Positions 12,590 through 24,727 of a DNA stretch of 64,000 bases are shown here, piece by piece; positions within the stretch are counted from its first letter, which is position 1, and every line of letters begins with the position of its first letter. The stretch comes from Octopus vulgaris (Eukaryota). Position numbers and translations under genes: made by a program. A model generated the notes under the pieces. It did no database searches. It saw nothing but the letters and a program-made list of their open reading frames with translations, and was not told where the DNA came from. The stretch covers positions 248,001-312,000 of the forward strand of contig CATOCA020000004.1 of the NCBI GenBank assembly GCA_951406725.2, in the 5' to 3' direction.

Positions 12590-13010
12590 TAGGCGCAGGA
12601 GTGGCTGTTTGGTAAGTAGCTTGCTAACCAACCACATGGCTCCGGGTTCAGTCCCACTGCGTGGCATCTTGGGCAAGTGTCTTCTGCTATAGCCCCGGGC
12701 CGACCAATGCCTTGTGAGTGGATTTGGTAGACGGAAACTGAAAGAAGCCTGTCGTATATATGTATATATATATATATGTATGTGTGTGTATGTGTTTGTG
12801 TGTCTGTGTTTGTCCCCCTAGCATTGCTTGACAACCGATGCTGGCTGGTATATTTACGTCCCCGTCACTTAGCGGTTCGGCAAAAGAGACCGATAGAATA
12901 AGTACTGGGCTTACAAAAGAATAAGTCCCGGGGTCGATTTGCTCGACTAAAGGCGGTGCTCCAGCATGGCCGCAGTCAAATGACTGAAACAAGTAAAAGA
13001 GAGAGTAAGA
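12590..13010 (+). mobile_element. SINE family A, full length
   Basis: Consensus match. Confidence 0.9.
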
Positions 13011-13351
13011 GTAAGTATAGTGATTGGTAAACGAGAAAAAACTAAAATAATGTAATTATTTTAAAAAATAGCTGTTAGTCGAGGACTCGAACCTGAATAT
13101 GTGGCTTTGCATGTATGGGAGAATTTATAAAATTGAAATGAAAAAAAATAAAATGAATTAAGTGCTGAAGTGGAATGGTCCAGATGGCGCTGTGTGCATA
13201 CAATTTACTATGGCGGCTGGATCGAATTGTATACGTATTAAGTTCAATTCAGAATCGACGAAAAAATTTTCTGGGAGTACGTAAATGCCGTGTTCTGAGA
13301 AAGGCAGGTATGTGATTGCGTATTTGTTTATGTTTTATATGTTGTATAGGA

Positions 13352-13449
13352 CATCCTAATGAGGGGAGTGCCAATTATTTTAGGTACTATTTTAAGTACT
13401 AATACATGTCTAATATTAATTGGCTCGTACCCGAAACGGCCCGTAGATG
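13352..13449 (+). ncRNA. Degenerate type I hammerhead ribozyme with long stem II (element F)
   Basis: CATC-CTAATGA-GGG...GCCAATTA...TAATTGGC...CCC-GAAA-C-GGCCC-GTA-GATG; stem I CATC/GATG; core G5>A. Confidence 0.65.
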
Positions 13450-13924
13450 GACTTCTGTATATCTTATATTTTTGTAAGCTTGTATATATATTATATTCTA
13501 TGTCCTATTCGCCGGAATTTTATCCGTCTTTTGATATGCCATATTTTTATTTTATTATCATTAAATTTACTTCTCTTATTCTAACAGTTTTAAGCGTGTT
13601 ATATGCAAAATATATGTTTATTTGGATACTTATATATTACTGAATTAAAAAAATTTTTTTTAAATGTCGGACTTTTAGATATGAATTAGTATATAAGATT
13701 TATATGTGTTTGGTCTATCTTTGAATTTTGTGATGTTCCTGTGGTTGTTGCTCGCATTGCCTTAATATTTTTAAACATTGCCTTCGTAAAATTCATTGTT
13801 TATAATCTTATCCGTAATTTCATTCGAAAATTGTAACTGTGTTAAGCTACTTCGCCCTTTATATTTGTCTGTCCTTGTTTGTCCCCTCTTTGTAAATGCC
13901 TAAATGGCAAATTATATGAAATAA

Positions 13925-14074
13925 AGTAGCTTGCTAACCAACCACATGGTTCCGGGTTCAGTCCAACTGCGTGGCATCTTGAGCAAGTGTCTTCTGCTAT
14001 GGCCCCGGGCCGACCAATGCCTTGTTAGTGGATTTGGTAGGCGGAAGCTGAAAGAAGCCTGTCGTATATATGTA

Positions 14075-14122
<48 letters not shown>

Positions 14123-14355
14123 TACATATATATATATGTGTGTGTGTGTGTTTGTGTGTCTGTGTTTGTCCCCCTAGCATTGCTTGACAACCGATGCTGG
14201 TGTGTTTATGTCCCCGTCACTTAGCGGTTCGGCCAAAGAGACCGATAGAATAAGTACTAGGCTTACAAAAAATAAGTCCCGGGGTCGATTTGCTCGACTA
14301 AAGGCGGTGCTCCAGCATGGCCGCAGTCAAAATGACTGAAACAAGTAAAATAGAG
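13925..14355 (+). mobile_element. SINE family A (5' clipped)
   Basis: Consensus match. Confidence 0.88.
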
Positions 14356-14371
14356 TATATAAACATACACA

Positions 14372-14605
14372 CAGGGTGCATTGGATAAATCGTCGCCATT
14401 TTATATTTGTTATTTCGCGCATGTGCGTTGTTTGTTTTTGATTTTGTCGACTACACAGTATAGTAGGGTCAGTGGGACACAGTACAGCACCATGACACAA
14501 TTCACACTGCCAGAAATTTGCAAATGACATGCTGTACTGCATGGAATTCGCGCCGGAGACTTCAGTACGAACATTTCGGAGTGTTTGGGTGTCAATCTGG
14601 GGACA
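14372..14605 (+). mobile_element. Tc1/mariner (maT/DD37D-like) 5' end: TIR and transposase N-terminus remnant
   Basis: Starts CAGGGTG...; ATG at 14492 gives MTQFTLPEICK*HAVLHGIRAGDFSTNISECLGVNLGT, resembling the first HTH of a transposase. Confidence 0.5.
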
Positions 14606-14623
14606 TGTAGATTATTTAAAGAC

Positions 14624-15020
14624 AGGGAGCTATCAGAAATGTTAGCACGCCGGGCGAAATGCTTAGCGGTATTTCGTCTGCCGTTACGTTGTGAGTTCGA
14701 ATTCCGCCGAGGTCGACTTTGCCTTTCATCCTTTCGGGGTCGATAAATTAAGCACCAGTTACGCACTGGGGTCGATGTAATCAACTTAATACCTATGTCT
14801 GTCCTTGTTTATCCCCTCTGTGTTTAGCCCCTTGTGGGTAATAAAGAAATAGTTATTTCGTCTGCCGTTACGTTCTGAGTTCAACTTCTGCCGAGGTCGA
14901 CTTTGTCTTTTATCCCTTCGGGGGTCAGGAAAATAAGGACCAGTCAAGTACTGGGGTCGATGTAATCCACTATCCCCCCTTCCCCAAATTTCAGGTCTCG
15001 TGCCTATAGTAGAAAGGATT
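14624..15020 (+). mobile_element. Composite SINE-B: head, body with tail 1, then a second body with tail 2
   Basis: Junction AAAGAAATA|GTTATTTCGTCTGCC at 14851/14852. Confidence 0.85.
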
Positions 15021-15033
15021 ATTATTATTTACA

Positions 15034-15196
15034 TAGGCGCGGGAGTGGCTGTGTGGTAAGTAGCTTGCTAACCAGCCACATGGTTCCGGGTTCAGTCCCA
15101 CTGCGTGGCATCTTGGGCAAGTGTCTTCTGCTATAGCCCCGGGCTGACCAATGCCTTGTGAGTGGATTTGGTAGGCGGAAACTGAAAGAAGACTTC

Positions 15197-15254
<58 letters not shown>

Positions 15255-15455
15255 TTGTGTTTGTCCCCCTAGCATTGCTTGACAACCGATGCTGGTGTGT
15301 TTATATCCCCGTAACTTAGCAGTTCGGCAAAAGGGACCGATATAATAAGTACTGGGCTTCCAAAGAATAAGTCCCGGGGTTGATTTGCTCGACTAAAGGC
15401 GGTGCTCCAGCATGGCCGCAGTCAAATGACTGAAACAAGTAAAAGAGTAAAAGAA
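15034..15455 (+). mobile_element. SINE family A, full length
   Basis: Consensus match. Confidence 0.9.
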
Positions 15456-15467
15456 TAGAGAAAGTAC

Positions 15468-15750
15468 AGTGGAGAAACCGTGGTCCAGTGGTTCGGGTGT
15501 TGCTCTCATGATCCCTAGATCTGGAGTTCGATTCCAGGATTTGTAGCGCATTGTGTTCTTGGGCAAAACACTTCATATCCCGCTCCTCCAGGTAACTTGG
15601 ACCAGCCTTCCGGTCAGTAAGATAGTTCACCTGCTCATCTAACCAGAAGGATGGCATCATTCGGAAACTAAAACCTTTGCAAAAGCGCATTGTGATCAGC
15701 GATGCATAACAGTATGTCTTAGTGTGGTCGATCACGTGATCACATGATGT
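15468..15750 (+). mobile_element. Diverged CORE-type SINE carrying tail C2
   Basis: A box TGGTCCAGTGG, B box GAGTTCGATTCC, CORE-like TTGTGTTCTTGGGCAAAACACTT, tail gcgcattgtgatcagcgatg...gatcacgtgatcac. Confidence 0.65.
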
Positions 15751-15884
15751 ATATAGCATTGGTCACCTGGTGAATTTAAAGTTAAAATGTAAGACAATTG
15801 CTCTATCAGGCAAAGAGTAATATCGAACCTAAGTCCACGCAGTTACCAAGTGAATCTCTTAACCACGGATCCACGGACCAACGA

Positions 15885-16270
15885 CTTGTTTCAGTCATTT
15901 GAATGCGGCCATGCTGGAGCACCGCCTTTAGTCGAGCAACTCGACCCCGGGACTTATTCTTTGTAAGACCAGTACTTATTCTATCGGTCTCTTTTGCCGA
16001 ACCGCTAAGTAACGGGGACATTGACACACCAGCATCGGTTGTCAAGCAATGCTAGGGGGACAAACACAGACACACAAACACACACATATACATATATATA
16101 TATATATGTATATATATACACACATACGACAGGCTTCTTTCAGTTTCCGTCTACCAAATCCACTCACAAGGCATTGGTCGGCCCGGGGCTATAGCAGAAG
16201 ACACTTGCCCAAGATGCCACGCAGTGGGACTGAACCCGGAACCATGTGGTTCGTAAGCAAGCTACTTACC
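15885..16270 (-). mobile_element. SINE family A
   Basis: Consensus match. Confidence 0.9.
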
Positions 16271-17045
16271 ACGTAAAAACTTATGCTTTTTCTGCATAAA
16301 TTCTGCTAGTTTATAGAAACGTAAACAAACCAACACAGGATATGAAGCGAAGGTCGAACACACGCACACACACACACAAAAACGCACACGCACACACACA
16401 CACAAACGCACGCACACGAATACACACAAAAACGCACGCACACACACACATACACAAAAACGCACGCGCACACACACATACACACACACACACACACACA
16501 CAGAAACGCACGCACACACAGACACACAAAAACGCGCACACACAGACACACAAAAACGCACACACACACACACAAAAACGCACACACATACACACACACA
16601 AAAAAACGCACGCATACACACATACACACACAAACGCGCGCGCACACACACACACGCACACACACACACACACACACACGCACACACACACACACACCAC
16701 TAAGTTCCACACAGTCTCCGTCTACGAAATCCACTCACAAGGCTTTGGTCGGCCGAGGTGCCACGCAGTGGGGCTGAACCGGGAACCATGTGGTTGGCAA
16801 ACAAGCTACTCACCACGTAAAAATTGATACTTTTTGTTCTGCTAGTTTATGGAAACGTAAACAAACCAACACAGGATACGAAGCGAAGGTCGAACACACA
16901 CACACACACACAAACCACTAAGTTCCACATAGTCTTCGTCTACAAAATCGATTCAAAAGGCTTTGGTCGGCCGATTTGTCCAAGGTGCCACGCAGTGGAA
17001 CCGAACCCGGAACCGTGTGGTTGGCAAGCAAAGCAAGCCACATCG
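16268..17045 (-). repeat. Local tandem duplication of a diverged SINE-A-like unit with (CA)n
   Basis: accacgtaaaaa...gaaacgtaaacaaaccaacacaggata.gaagcgaaggtcgaacacac...ccactaagttccac at 16268 and again at 16811. Confidence 0.75.
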
Positions 17046-17302
17046 TTACTCATCCATAACTGCATCTGTTTACATTGACCAAAAAAGATTATATGGCAGT
17101 CTTGTTACGCAAAGAGTATAATAATTCGGAAAGAGCTTCGTCACCATGTTTGTGGCGGTTTGTAAAAGGCGAGGGACTTCGATGAGAAGCAGAACTGATA
17201 TCCACACGTATATATGTAAACATATACACACACATGCAAACGTGTGAGTGTGTATATAATTACATACATACAAGTATATGTATACATGCATACATACATA
17301 CA

Positions 17303-17345
<43 letters not shown>

Positions 17346-17419
17346 GTGTAATGCTTGTGTGCTCGTATATATATATATATATATAGGTAACGCATGTAAT
17401 AGTATATAAGTATATATGC

Positions 17420-18122
17420 ATGTGTGTGTGTATCTGTAGACACACATACATATACACATGTATGTATGTATATATATGTATGTGTGTGTATATATATATA
17501 TGTATGTGTGTGTATATATATATATGTATGTGTGTGTATATATATATATGTATGTGTATATATGTGTGTATGTGTGTGTGTATATATATATATGTATGTG
17601 TGTGTATATATATATATGTATGTGTATATATGTGTGTATGTATGTGTGTGTATATATATATGTATGTGTATATATGTGTGTATGTATGTGTGTGTATATA
17701 TATATATGTATGTGTGTATGTATGTGTGTGTATATATATATATGTATGTGTATATATATGTGTGTATGTATGTGTGTGTATATATATATATGTATGTGTA
17801 TATATATGTGTGTATGTATGATGTGTATATATATATATGTATGTGTATATATATGTGTGTATGTATGTGTGTGTATATATATATATGTATGTGTATATAT
17901 GTGTGTATGTATGTGTGTGTATATATATATATGTATGTGTATATATATGTGTGTATGTATGATGTGTATATATATGTGTGTATATATATGTATGTGTATA
18001 TATATGTGTGTATGTATGATGTGTATATGTATGTGTATATATATATGTGTATATTTGTGTGTGTGTATATATGTGTGTGTATATATATGTTTGTGTATAT
18101 ATATGTTTAGTATATATGTATG

Positions 18123-18157
<35 letters not shown>

Positions 18158-18170
18158 ATGCATACTTGTG
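17420..18170. repeat. (TA)n/(TG)n/(TATG)n compound microsatellite
   Basis: Direct reading. Confidence 0.9.
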
Positions 18171-18643
18171 TGTATAATCTGGACGTAGTGATATTGTGAT
18201 TACATGCCTCGGCGTTGTATACTACGTATTGAATTAATGCCCACCCCACGATGTGTGAGTGTATATACATATACCTACATGCACATATACACACACACAC
18301 ATGTATATATGTATATATATGTATGTGTAATAATATGTGTGTTTCTATGTTCTTTTTTTGTGCAAGTATGTATTGCTGTATCACGAGCTTCGGGTATCAT
18401 ATATGTCCTCTGTCGGGTATTTGCTGTCTAATCTGAAAGGTGACACATCACCAGCTGTAGGTGTTACCCGGAATACACCCGAAACACCTGTATGTTCATC
18501 TCACTGCTTCGCCGTTACACATTACAACTAAGCACATTCATTCAGTTACGCTCTGACATGCATATACCCGTATACATACCCGTATATATCTGTGTGTCTG
18601 TGAACAAATACACATACAAATATCTATATATGTATGTATGACG

Positions 18644-18692
<49 letters not shown>

Positions 18693-19035
18693 TGTGTGTG
18701 TGGGCGGTTGTATACACAAGTATGGGTTAATGTGTATGTTGGGGGGAGTGTGCAGATGTTTATATACACTCACAAATGTATAAAATACGATTACAAAATT
18801 GAATAATTGATAGTAAATACGATTGCATGAAATGAATATGCGTGTGTTTGTCTATGCACACACACACACACACACACACATATTTGTGTATATACCTATA
18901 TACATATATATGCGTTTGTATATGTATATATATAATATATATATATACATATAAGCATGTGTGTATATATATGCGTATGTGTGTGTGTATATATATATAT
19001 ACACACATATATATTATATATATATATATATATAT

Positions 19036-20035
19036 ATGTATATACATGTATATATTATATATGTATATACATGTATATATTATATATGTATATACATGTA
19101 TATATTATATATGTATATACATGTATATATTATATATGTATATACATGTATATATTATATATGTATATACATGTATATATTATATATGTATATACATGTA
19201 TATATTATATATGTATATACATGTATATATTATATATGTATATACATGTATATATTATATATGTATATACATGTATATATTATATATGTATATACATGTA
19301 TATATTATATATGTATATACATGTATATATTATATATGTATATACATGTATATATTATATATGTATATATATATATGTATGTATATATTATATATGTATA
19401 TATTATATATGTATATATTATATATGTATATATTATATATGTATATATATATATGTATATGTATATATTATATATGTATATATATATATGTATGTACATG
19501 TATATATTATATATGTATATATGTATATATATATGTATGTACATGTATATATTATATATGTATATACATGTATATATTATATATGTATATATATATGTAT
19601 GTACATGTATATATATATGTATGTACATGTATATATTATATATGTATATATATATGTATGTACATGTATATATTATATATGTATATATATATGTATGTAC
19701 ATGTATATATTATATATGTATGTACATGTATATATTATATATGTATATATATATGTATGTACATGTATATATTATATATGTATATATATATGTATGTACA
19801 TGTATATATTATATATGTATATACATGTATATATTATATATGTATATATATATGTATGTACATGTATATATTATATATGTATGTACATGTATATATTATA
19901 TATGTATGTACATGTATATATTATATATGTGTATATATTATATATGTATGTACATGTATATATTATATATTATATATGTATATACATGTATATATTATAT
20001 ATGTATATACATGTATATATTATATATGTATGTAT
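19036..20035. repeat. 25-bp AT-rich minisatellite (tatacatgtatatattatatatgta), near-perfect to about 19365 and then degenerate
   Basis: 25-aa (75-nt = 3 units) periodicity in the ORF track. Confidence 0.85.
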
Positions 20036-20090
20036 ATATGCACACACGCATATACATATATAATATATATGTATATATATATATAATATA

Positions 20091-20685
20091 GGTATCAAGT
20101 TAGAGGGGTTTAATACCTCTAAGGGGTAATTAAATCCAGAGTCGGTCCTGGCTATTAGCTGGTTAAGTACGGTCCTTTATAAGGTTGTACGGTAGCAAGG
20201 GGTTCGGTTGGCCAACGGGAGTTTAGGTTATATAAGAGAAGAAAATGGATACAATAACAATGGGAAACTCGTGGTATACGCTGGTATGTCTTTAATTAAA
20301 AAGGTAACGAAGAAGTAAGAAGCGGAGATGAGGGTGGCACTTACGATCGTTTCGATTTACTGGACTAAGTAAATCTCTTCAGAATGCGAGTATGGATGGA
20401 TGCGTTGATTAGGATGCGAAAACGAATGATACATATGTGATGGTAATGCAAACAAAGTGGTAATTCTTACATAAAATTTTGTTCTTGCACTGGTAAATTC
20501 GGTGGGTAGGGGTTTGCTTGTGGTAGATTGGTTAGTTTCGTTGGTTAATTAGGGCGGGGTGAGTATTATTTAGGTGCGGGCTACCTCGTGTAATTAAGCA
20601 CCTTTTTTCTCACGTTTTTATTCCGTATTGTAGATTTTGACAAAATCTATATAATTAATAAATAGACTACACGTTTTTCGTGACT
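20091..20685 (-). mobile_element. Element G: probable Penelope-like pLTR fragment in (TA)n
   Basis: Unique ~600-bp block flanked by (TA)n that contains a canonical minimal HHR. Confidence 0.55.
20337..20387 (-). ncRNA. Minimal type I hammerhead ribozyme with intact core
   Basis: GCATT-CTGAAGA-GATTTACT-tagtcc-AGTAAATC-GAAA-C-GATC-GTA-AGTGC: stem I GCAUU/AGUGC, 8-bp stem II, palindromic GAUC loop III, GUA cleavage triplet. Confidence 0.85.
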
Positions 20686-20754
20686 ATATATATGTATATA
20701 TGTGTGTGTGTGAGTGTGTATGTATGTCTGCATGTATATGTATATATGTTTGTA

Positions 20755-20793
<39 letters not shown>

Positions 20794-20804
20794 TTCAATA
20801 TGTG

Positions 20805-20991
20805 AACGCATGTGTATCGTTGGCAATTTTCTTTCTCCGTCTTCCCTTCTTTGGACTTTTTCTATATTTCTGATGAAGAGCTCCGCTCGAAACCTGAAGT
20901 CCTATTTCTTTTCTTTCCTAGGCGTCCAATAACACTGGACTTGTACCACGTCCTCGCTTTGTTGTTTTTCTTGCCTGTTCTTGTTTGGATT

Positions 20992-20995
<4 letters not shown>
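20805..20995 (+). mobile_element. Element E with HHR motif at 20870-20892
   Basis: CTGATGA-A-GAGC-TCC-GCTC-GAAA; stem III/I decayed; ends in (TA)n. Confidence 0.75.
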
Positions 20996-21043
<48 letters not shown>

Positions 21044-21053
21044 ATATATATAT

Positions 21054-21362
21054 ATCACCGTCACCGTGTCCGACCAGGCTATCAGATGTTGCTACACATC
21101 GCTGGTCACAATGCTCTTCGCATTGCTTTAGCCTTCGAATGACGCCACCCCGCTGGCTAACCGAGCAGGCCAACAGAAGAAAGAGGGAGAGAAAGTTGTG
21201 GCGAAAGAGTACAGCAGGGATCGCCACGACCCCCTGCCGGAGCCTCGTGGAGCCTTTAGATGTTTTCGCTCAATAAACACTCACAACTCCCGGTCTGGGA
21301 ATCGAAACCGCGATCCTACAACCACGAGTCCGCTGCCCTAACCACAGGACCATTGCGCCCCT

Positions 21363-21365
<3 letters not shown>
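21054..21365 (-). mobile_element. SINE family C with tail C2
   Basis: C head plus tail ...ccagcggggtggcgtcattcgaaggctaaagcaatgcg...cacggtgacggtgat. Confidence 0.85.
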
Positions 21366-21400
<35 letters not shown>

Positions 21401-21424
21401 CGTGGATATGTACATATATATATA

Positions 21425-21625
21425 TGTTTGTGTCTGTGTTTGTCCCCCCAACGTCGGTTGACAACCGATGCTGGTGTATTTGCGTCCCCGTCATTTAGCG
21501 TTTCGGCAAAAGACACCGATAGAATAAGTACTAGGCTTACAAAGAATAAGTCCTGGGGTCGATTTGCTCGAGCAAAAGCGGTGCTCTAGCATGGCCACAG
21601 TCAAATGTCCGAAACAAATAAAAGA
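21425..21625 (+). mobile_element. SINE-A tail half
   Basis: Consensus match. Confidence 0.8.
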
Positions 21626-21659
21626 ATATACATACATACATACATACGTACATATATAT

Positions 21660-21958
21660 ATCACCGTGATCACCGTGACCGACCAGTCCATCAGATGTAG
21701 TTACACATCGCTGGCCACAATGCGCTTCGCATTGTTTTAGCCTTCAAATGACGCCACCCCGCTGGCTAAGCGAGCAGGCCAACAGGAGAAAGAGTGGTGA
21801 AAGAGTACAGCAGGGATCGCCACGACCCCCTGCCGGAGCATCGTGGAGCTTTTAGGTGTTTTAGCTCAATAAACACTCACAACGCCGGGTCTGGAAATCG
21901 AAACCGCGATCCTACGACCGCGAACCGCTGCTCTAACCACTGGGCCATTGCGCCTCCA
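21660..21958 (-). mobile_element. SINE family C with tail C2
   Basis: Matches 21054-21365. Confidence 0.85.
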
Positions 21959-21981
21959 TATATATATATATATGTACATAT

Positions 21982-22201
21982 CTGGCAGAAACGTTAGCAC
22001 GCCGGGTGAAATGCTTAGCAGTATTTAATCTGCCGCTACGTTGTGAGTTCAAATTCCGCAGAGGTCGACTTTGCCTGTCATCCTTTCGGGATCGATAAAT
22101 AAAGTACCAGTTTCGCACTGGTGTCGTTGTAATCGACTTAATACCTATGTCTGTCCTTGTTTGTCCCCTCTATGTTTAGCCCCTTGTGGGTAATAAAGAA
22201 A
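21982..22201 (+). mobile_element. SINE family B with tail 1
   Basis: Consensus match. Confidence 0.85.
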
Positions 22202-22227
22202 CATATATATATATATATATATATATA

Positions 22228-22423
22228 CTCTTTTACTTGTTTCAGTCATTTGACTGCGGCCATGCTGGAGCACCGCCTTTAGTTCAGCAAATCGACCCCA
22301 GGACTTATTCTTTGTAAGCCCAGTACTTATTCTATCGGTCTCTTTTGCCGAACCTCTAAGTAACGGGGACGTAAACACACCAGCATCGGTTGTCAAACAA
22401 TGCTAGGCGGACAAACACAAACA

Positions 22424-22516
<93 letters not shown>

Positions 22517-22670
22517 GACAGGTTTCTTTCAGTTTCCGTCTACCAAATCCACTCACAAGGCTTTGGTCGGCCCGGGGCTTAAGCAGCAGACACTTCTCCA
22601 AGATGCCACGCAGTGGGACTGAACCCAGAACCATGTGGTTGGTTAGCAAGCTACTTACCACACAGCCACA
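22228..22670 (-). mobile_element. SINE family A
   Basis: Consensus match. Confidence 0.88.
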
Positions 22671-22947
22671 TCACACAGTCGCACACACACCCTGAGAGAA
22701 AGATACGGCTATTAGAAGAGAGAGAGAGAGAGAAAGAGAGAAAGACCAACTTTTCAGCCAGTCTCTATGACGACTTCAAACACTTTTCATCACAAAGACC
22801 GCCGCATTTCCTGTTGTATTGCATAACAGCTTGCTAGAAATTCTTGCGCAACAACAGAAATTTATAGCCTCCATATCTCTCTGTGCAACCAGCTGTTGTT
22901 TGCCCGACTGTCCGTCCGTCTATTGATCTGTATCCTTAGATGTATAT

Positions 22948-24727
22948 ATAGGCGCAGGAGTGGCTGTGTGGTAAGTAGCTTGCTTACCAACCACATGGTT
23001 CCGGGTTCAGTCCCACTGCGTGGCACCTTGGGCAACTGTCTTCTGCTATAGCCTCGGGCCGACCAATGCCTTGTGAGTGGATTTAGTAGACGGAAACTGA
23101 AAGAAGCCCATCGTATAGGCGCAAGGGTGGCTGTGTGGTAAGTTGCTTGCTTACCAACCACATGGTTCCGGGTTCAGTCCCAATGCGCGGCATCTTGGGC
23201 AACTGTCTTCTGCTATAGCCTCGGGCCGACCAATGCCTTGTGAGTGGATTTAGTAGACGGAAACTGAAAGAAGCCCATCGTATAGGCGCATGGGTAGCTG
23301 TGTGGTAAGTTGCTTGCTTACCAACCACATGGTTCCGGGTTCAGTCCCAATGCGCGGCATCTTGGGCAACTGTCTTCTGCTATAGCCTCGGGCCGACCAA
23401 TGCCTTGTGAGTGGATTTAGTAGACGGAAACTGAAAGAAGCCCATCGTATAGGCGCAAGGGTGGCTGTGTGGTAAGTTGCTTGCTTACCAACCACATGGT
23501 TCCGGGTTCAGTCCCAATGCGCGGCATCTTGGGCAACTGTCTTCTGCTATAGCCTCGGGCCGACCAATGACTTGTGAGTGGATTTGGTAGACGGAAACTG
23601 AAAGAAACCCATCGTATAGGCGCATGGGTGGCTGTGTGGTAAGTAGCTTGTTTACCAACCACATGGTTCCGGTTTCAGTCCCACTGCGTGGCATCTTCGG
23701 CAAGTGTCTTCTACTATAGCCTCGGGCCGACCAATGCCTTGTGAGTGGATTTGGTAGACGGAAACTGAAAGAAGCCCATCGTATAGGCGCATGGGTGGCT
23801 GTGTGGTAAGTAGCTTGTTTACCAACCACATGGTTCCGGGTTCAGTCCCAATGCGCGGTATCTTGGGCAACTGTCTTCTGCTATAGCCTCGGGCCGACCA
23901 ATGCCTTGTGAGTGGATTTGGTAGACGGAAACTGAAAGAAGCCCATCGTATAGGCGCAGGAGTGGCTGTGTGGTAAGTAGCTTGCTTACCAACCACATGG
24001 TTCCGGGTTCAGTCCCACTGCGCGGCATCTTGGGCAACTGTCTTCTGCTATAGCCTCGGGCCGACCAATGCCTTGTGAGTGGATTTGGTAGACGGAAACT
24101 GAAAGAAGCCCATCGTATACGCGCAGGGGTGGCTGTGTGGTAAGTAGCTTGTTTACCAACCACATGGTTCCGGTTTCATTCCCACTGCGTGGCATCTTCG
24201 GCAAGTGTCTTCTACTATAGCCTCGGGCCGACCAATGCCTTGTGAGTGGATTTGGTAGACGGAAACTGAAAGAAGCCTGTCGTATAGGCGCAGGGGTGGC
24301 TGTGTGGTATGTAGCTTGTTTACCAACCACATGGTTCCGGTTTCAGTCCCACTGCGTGGCATCTTCGGCAAGTGTCTTCTGCTATAGCCTCGGGCCGACC
24401 AATGCCTTGTGAGTGGATTTGGTAGACGGAAACTGAAAGAAGCCCATCGTATAGGCGCAGGGGTGGCTGTGTGGTAAGTAGCTTGTTTACCAACCACATG
24501 GTTCCGGTTTCATTCCACTGCGTGGCATCTTCGGCAAGTGTCTTCTACTATAGCCTCGGGCCGACCAATGCCTTGTGAGTGGATTTGGTAGACGGAAACT
24601 GAAAGAAGCCTGTCGTATAGGCGCAGGGGTGGCTGTGTGGTATGTAGCTTGTTTACCAACCACATGGTTCCGGTTTCAGTCCCACTGCGTGGCATCTTGG
24701 GCAAGTGTCTTCTGCTATAGCCTCGGG
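22948..24727 (+). repeat. 167-bp satellite of SINE-A heads (10 full units and 1 partial)
   Basis: Units start at about 22948, 23115, 23282, 23449, 23616, 23783, 23950, 24117, 24284, 24451 and 24617; junction gaagcccatcgTATAggcgc; the ORF track repeats every 167 bp. Confidence 0.95.

Noticed and set aside
13176-13195. CTCF-like motif CCAGATGGCGCT
   Set aside because: A single short match is expected by chance or from a repeat; unsupported without binding data.
22948-24727. CRISPR-like or tandem-gene interpretation of the regular array and its 81/114-aa ORFs
   Set aside because: There are no unique spacers; whole units are SINE-A heads and the ORFs are antisense SINE translations.
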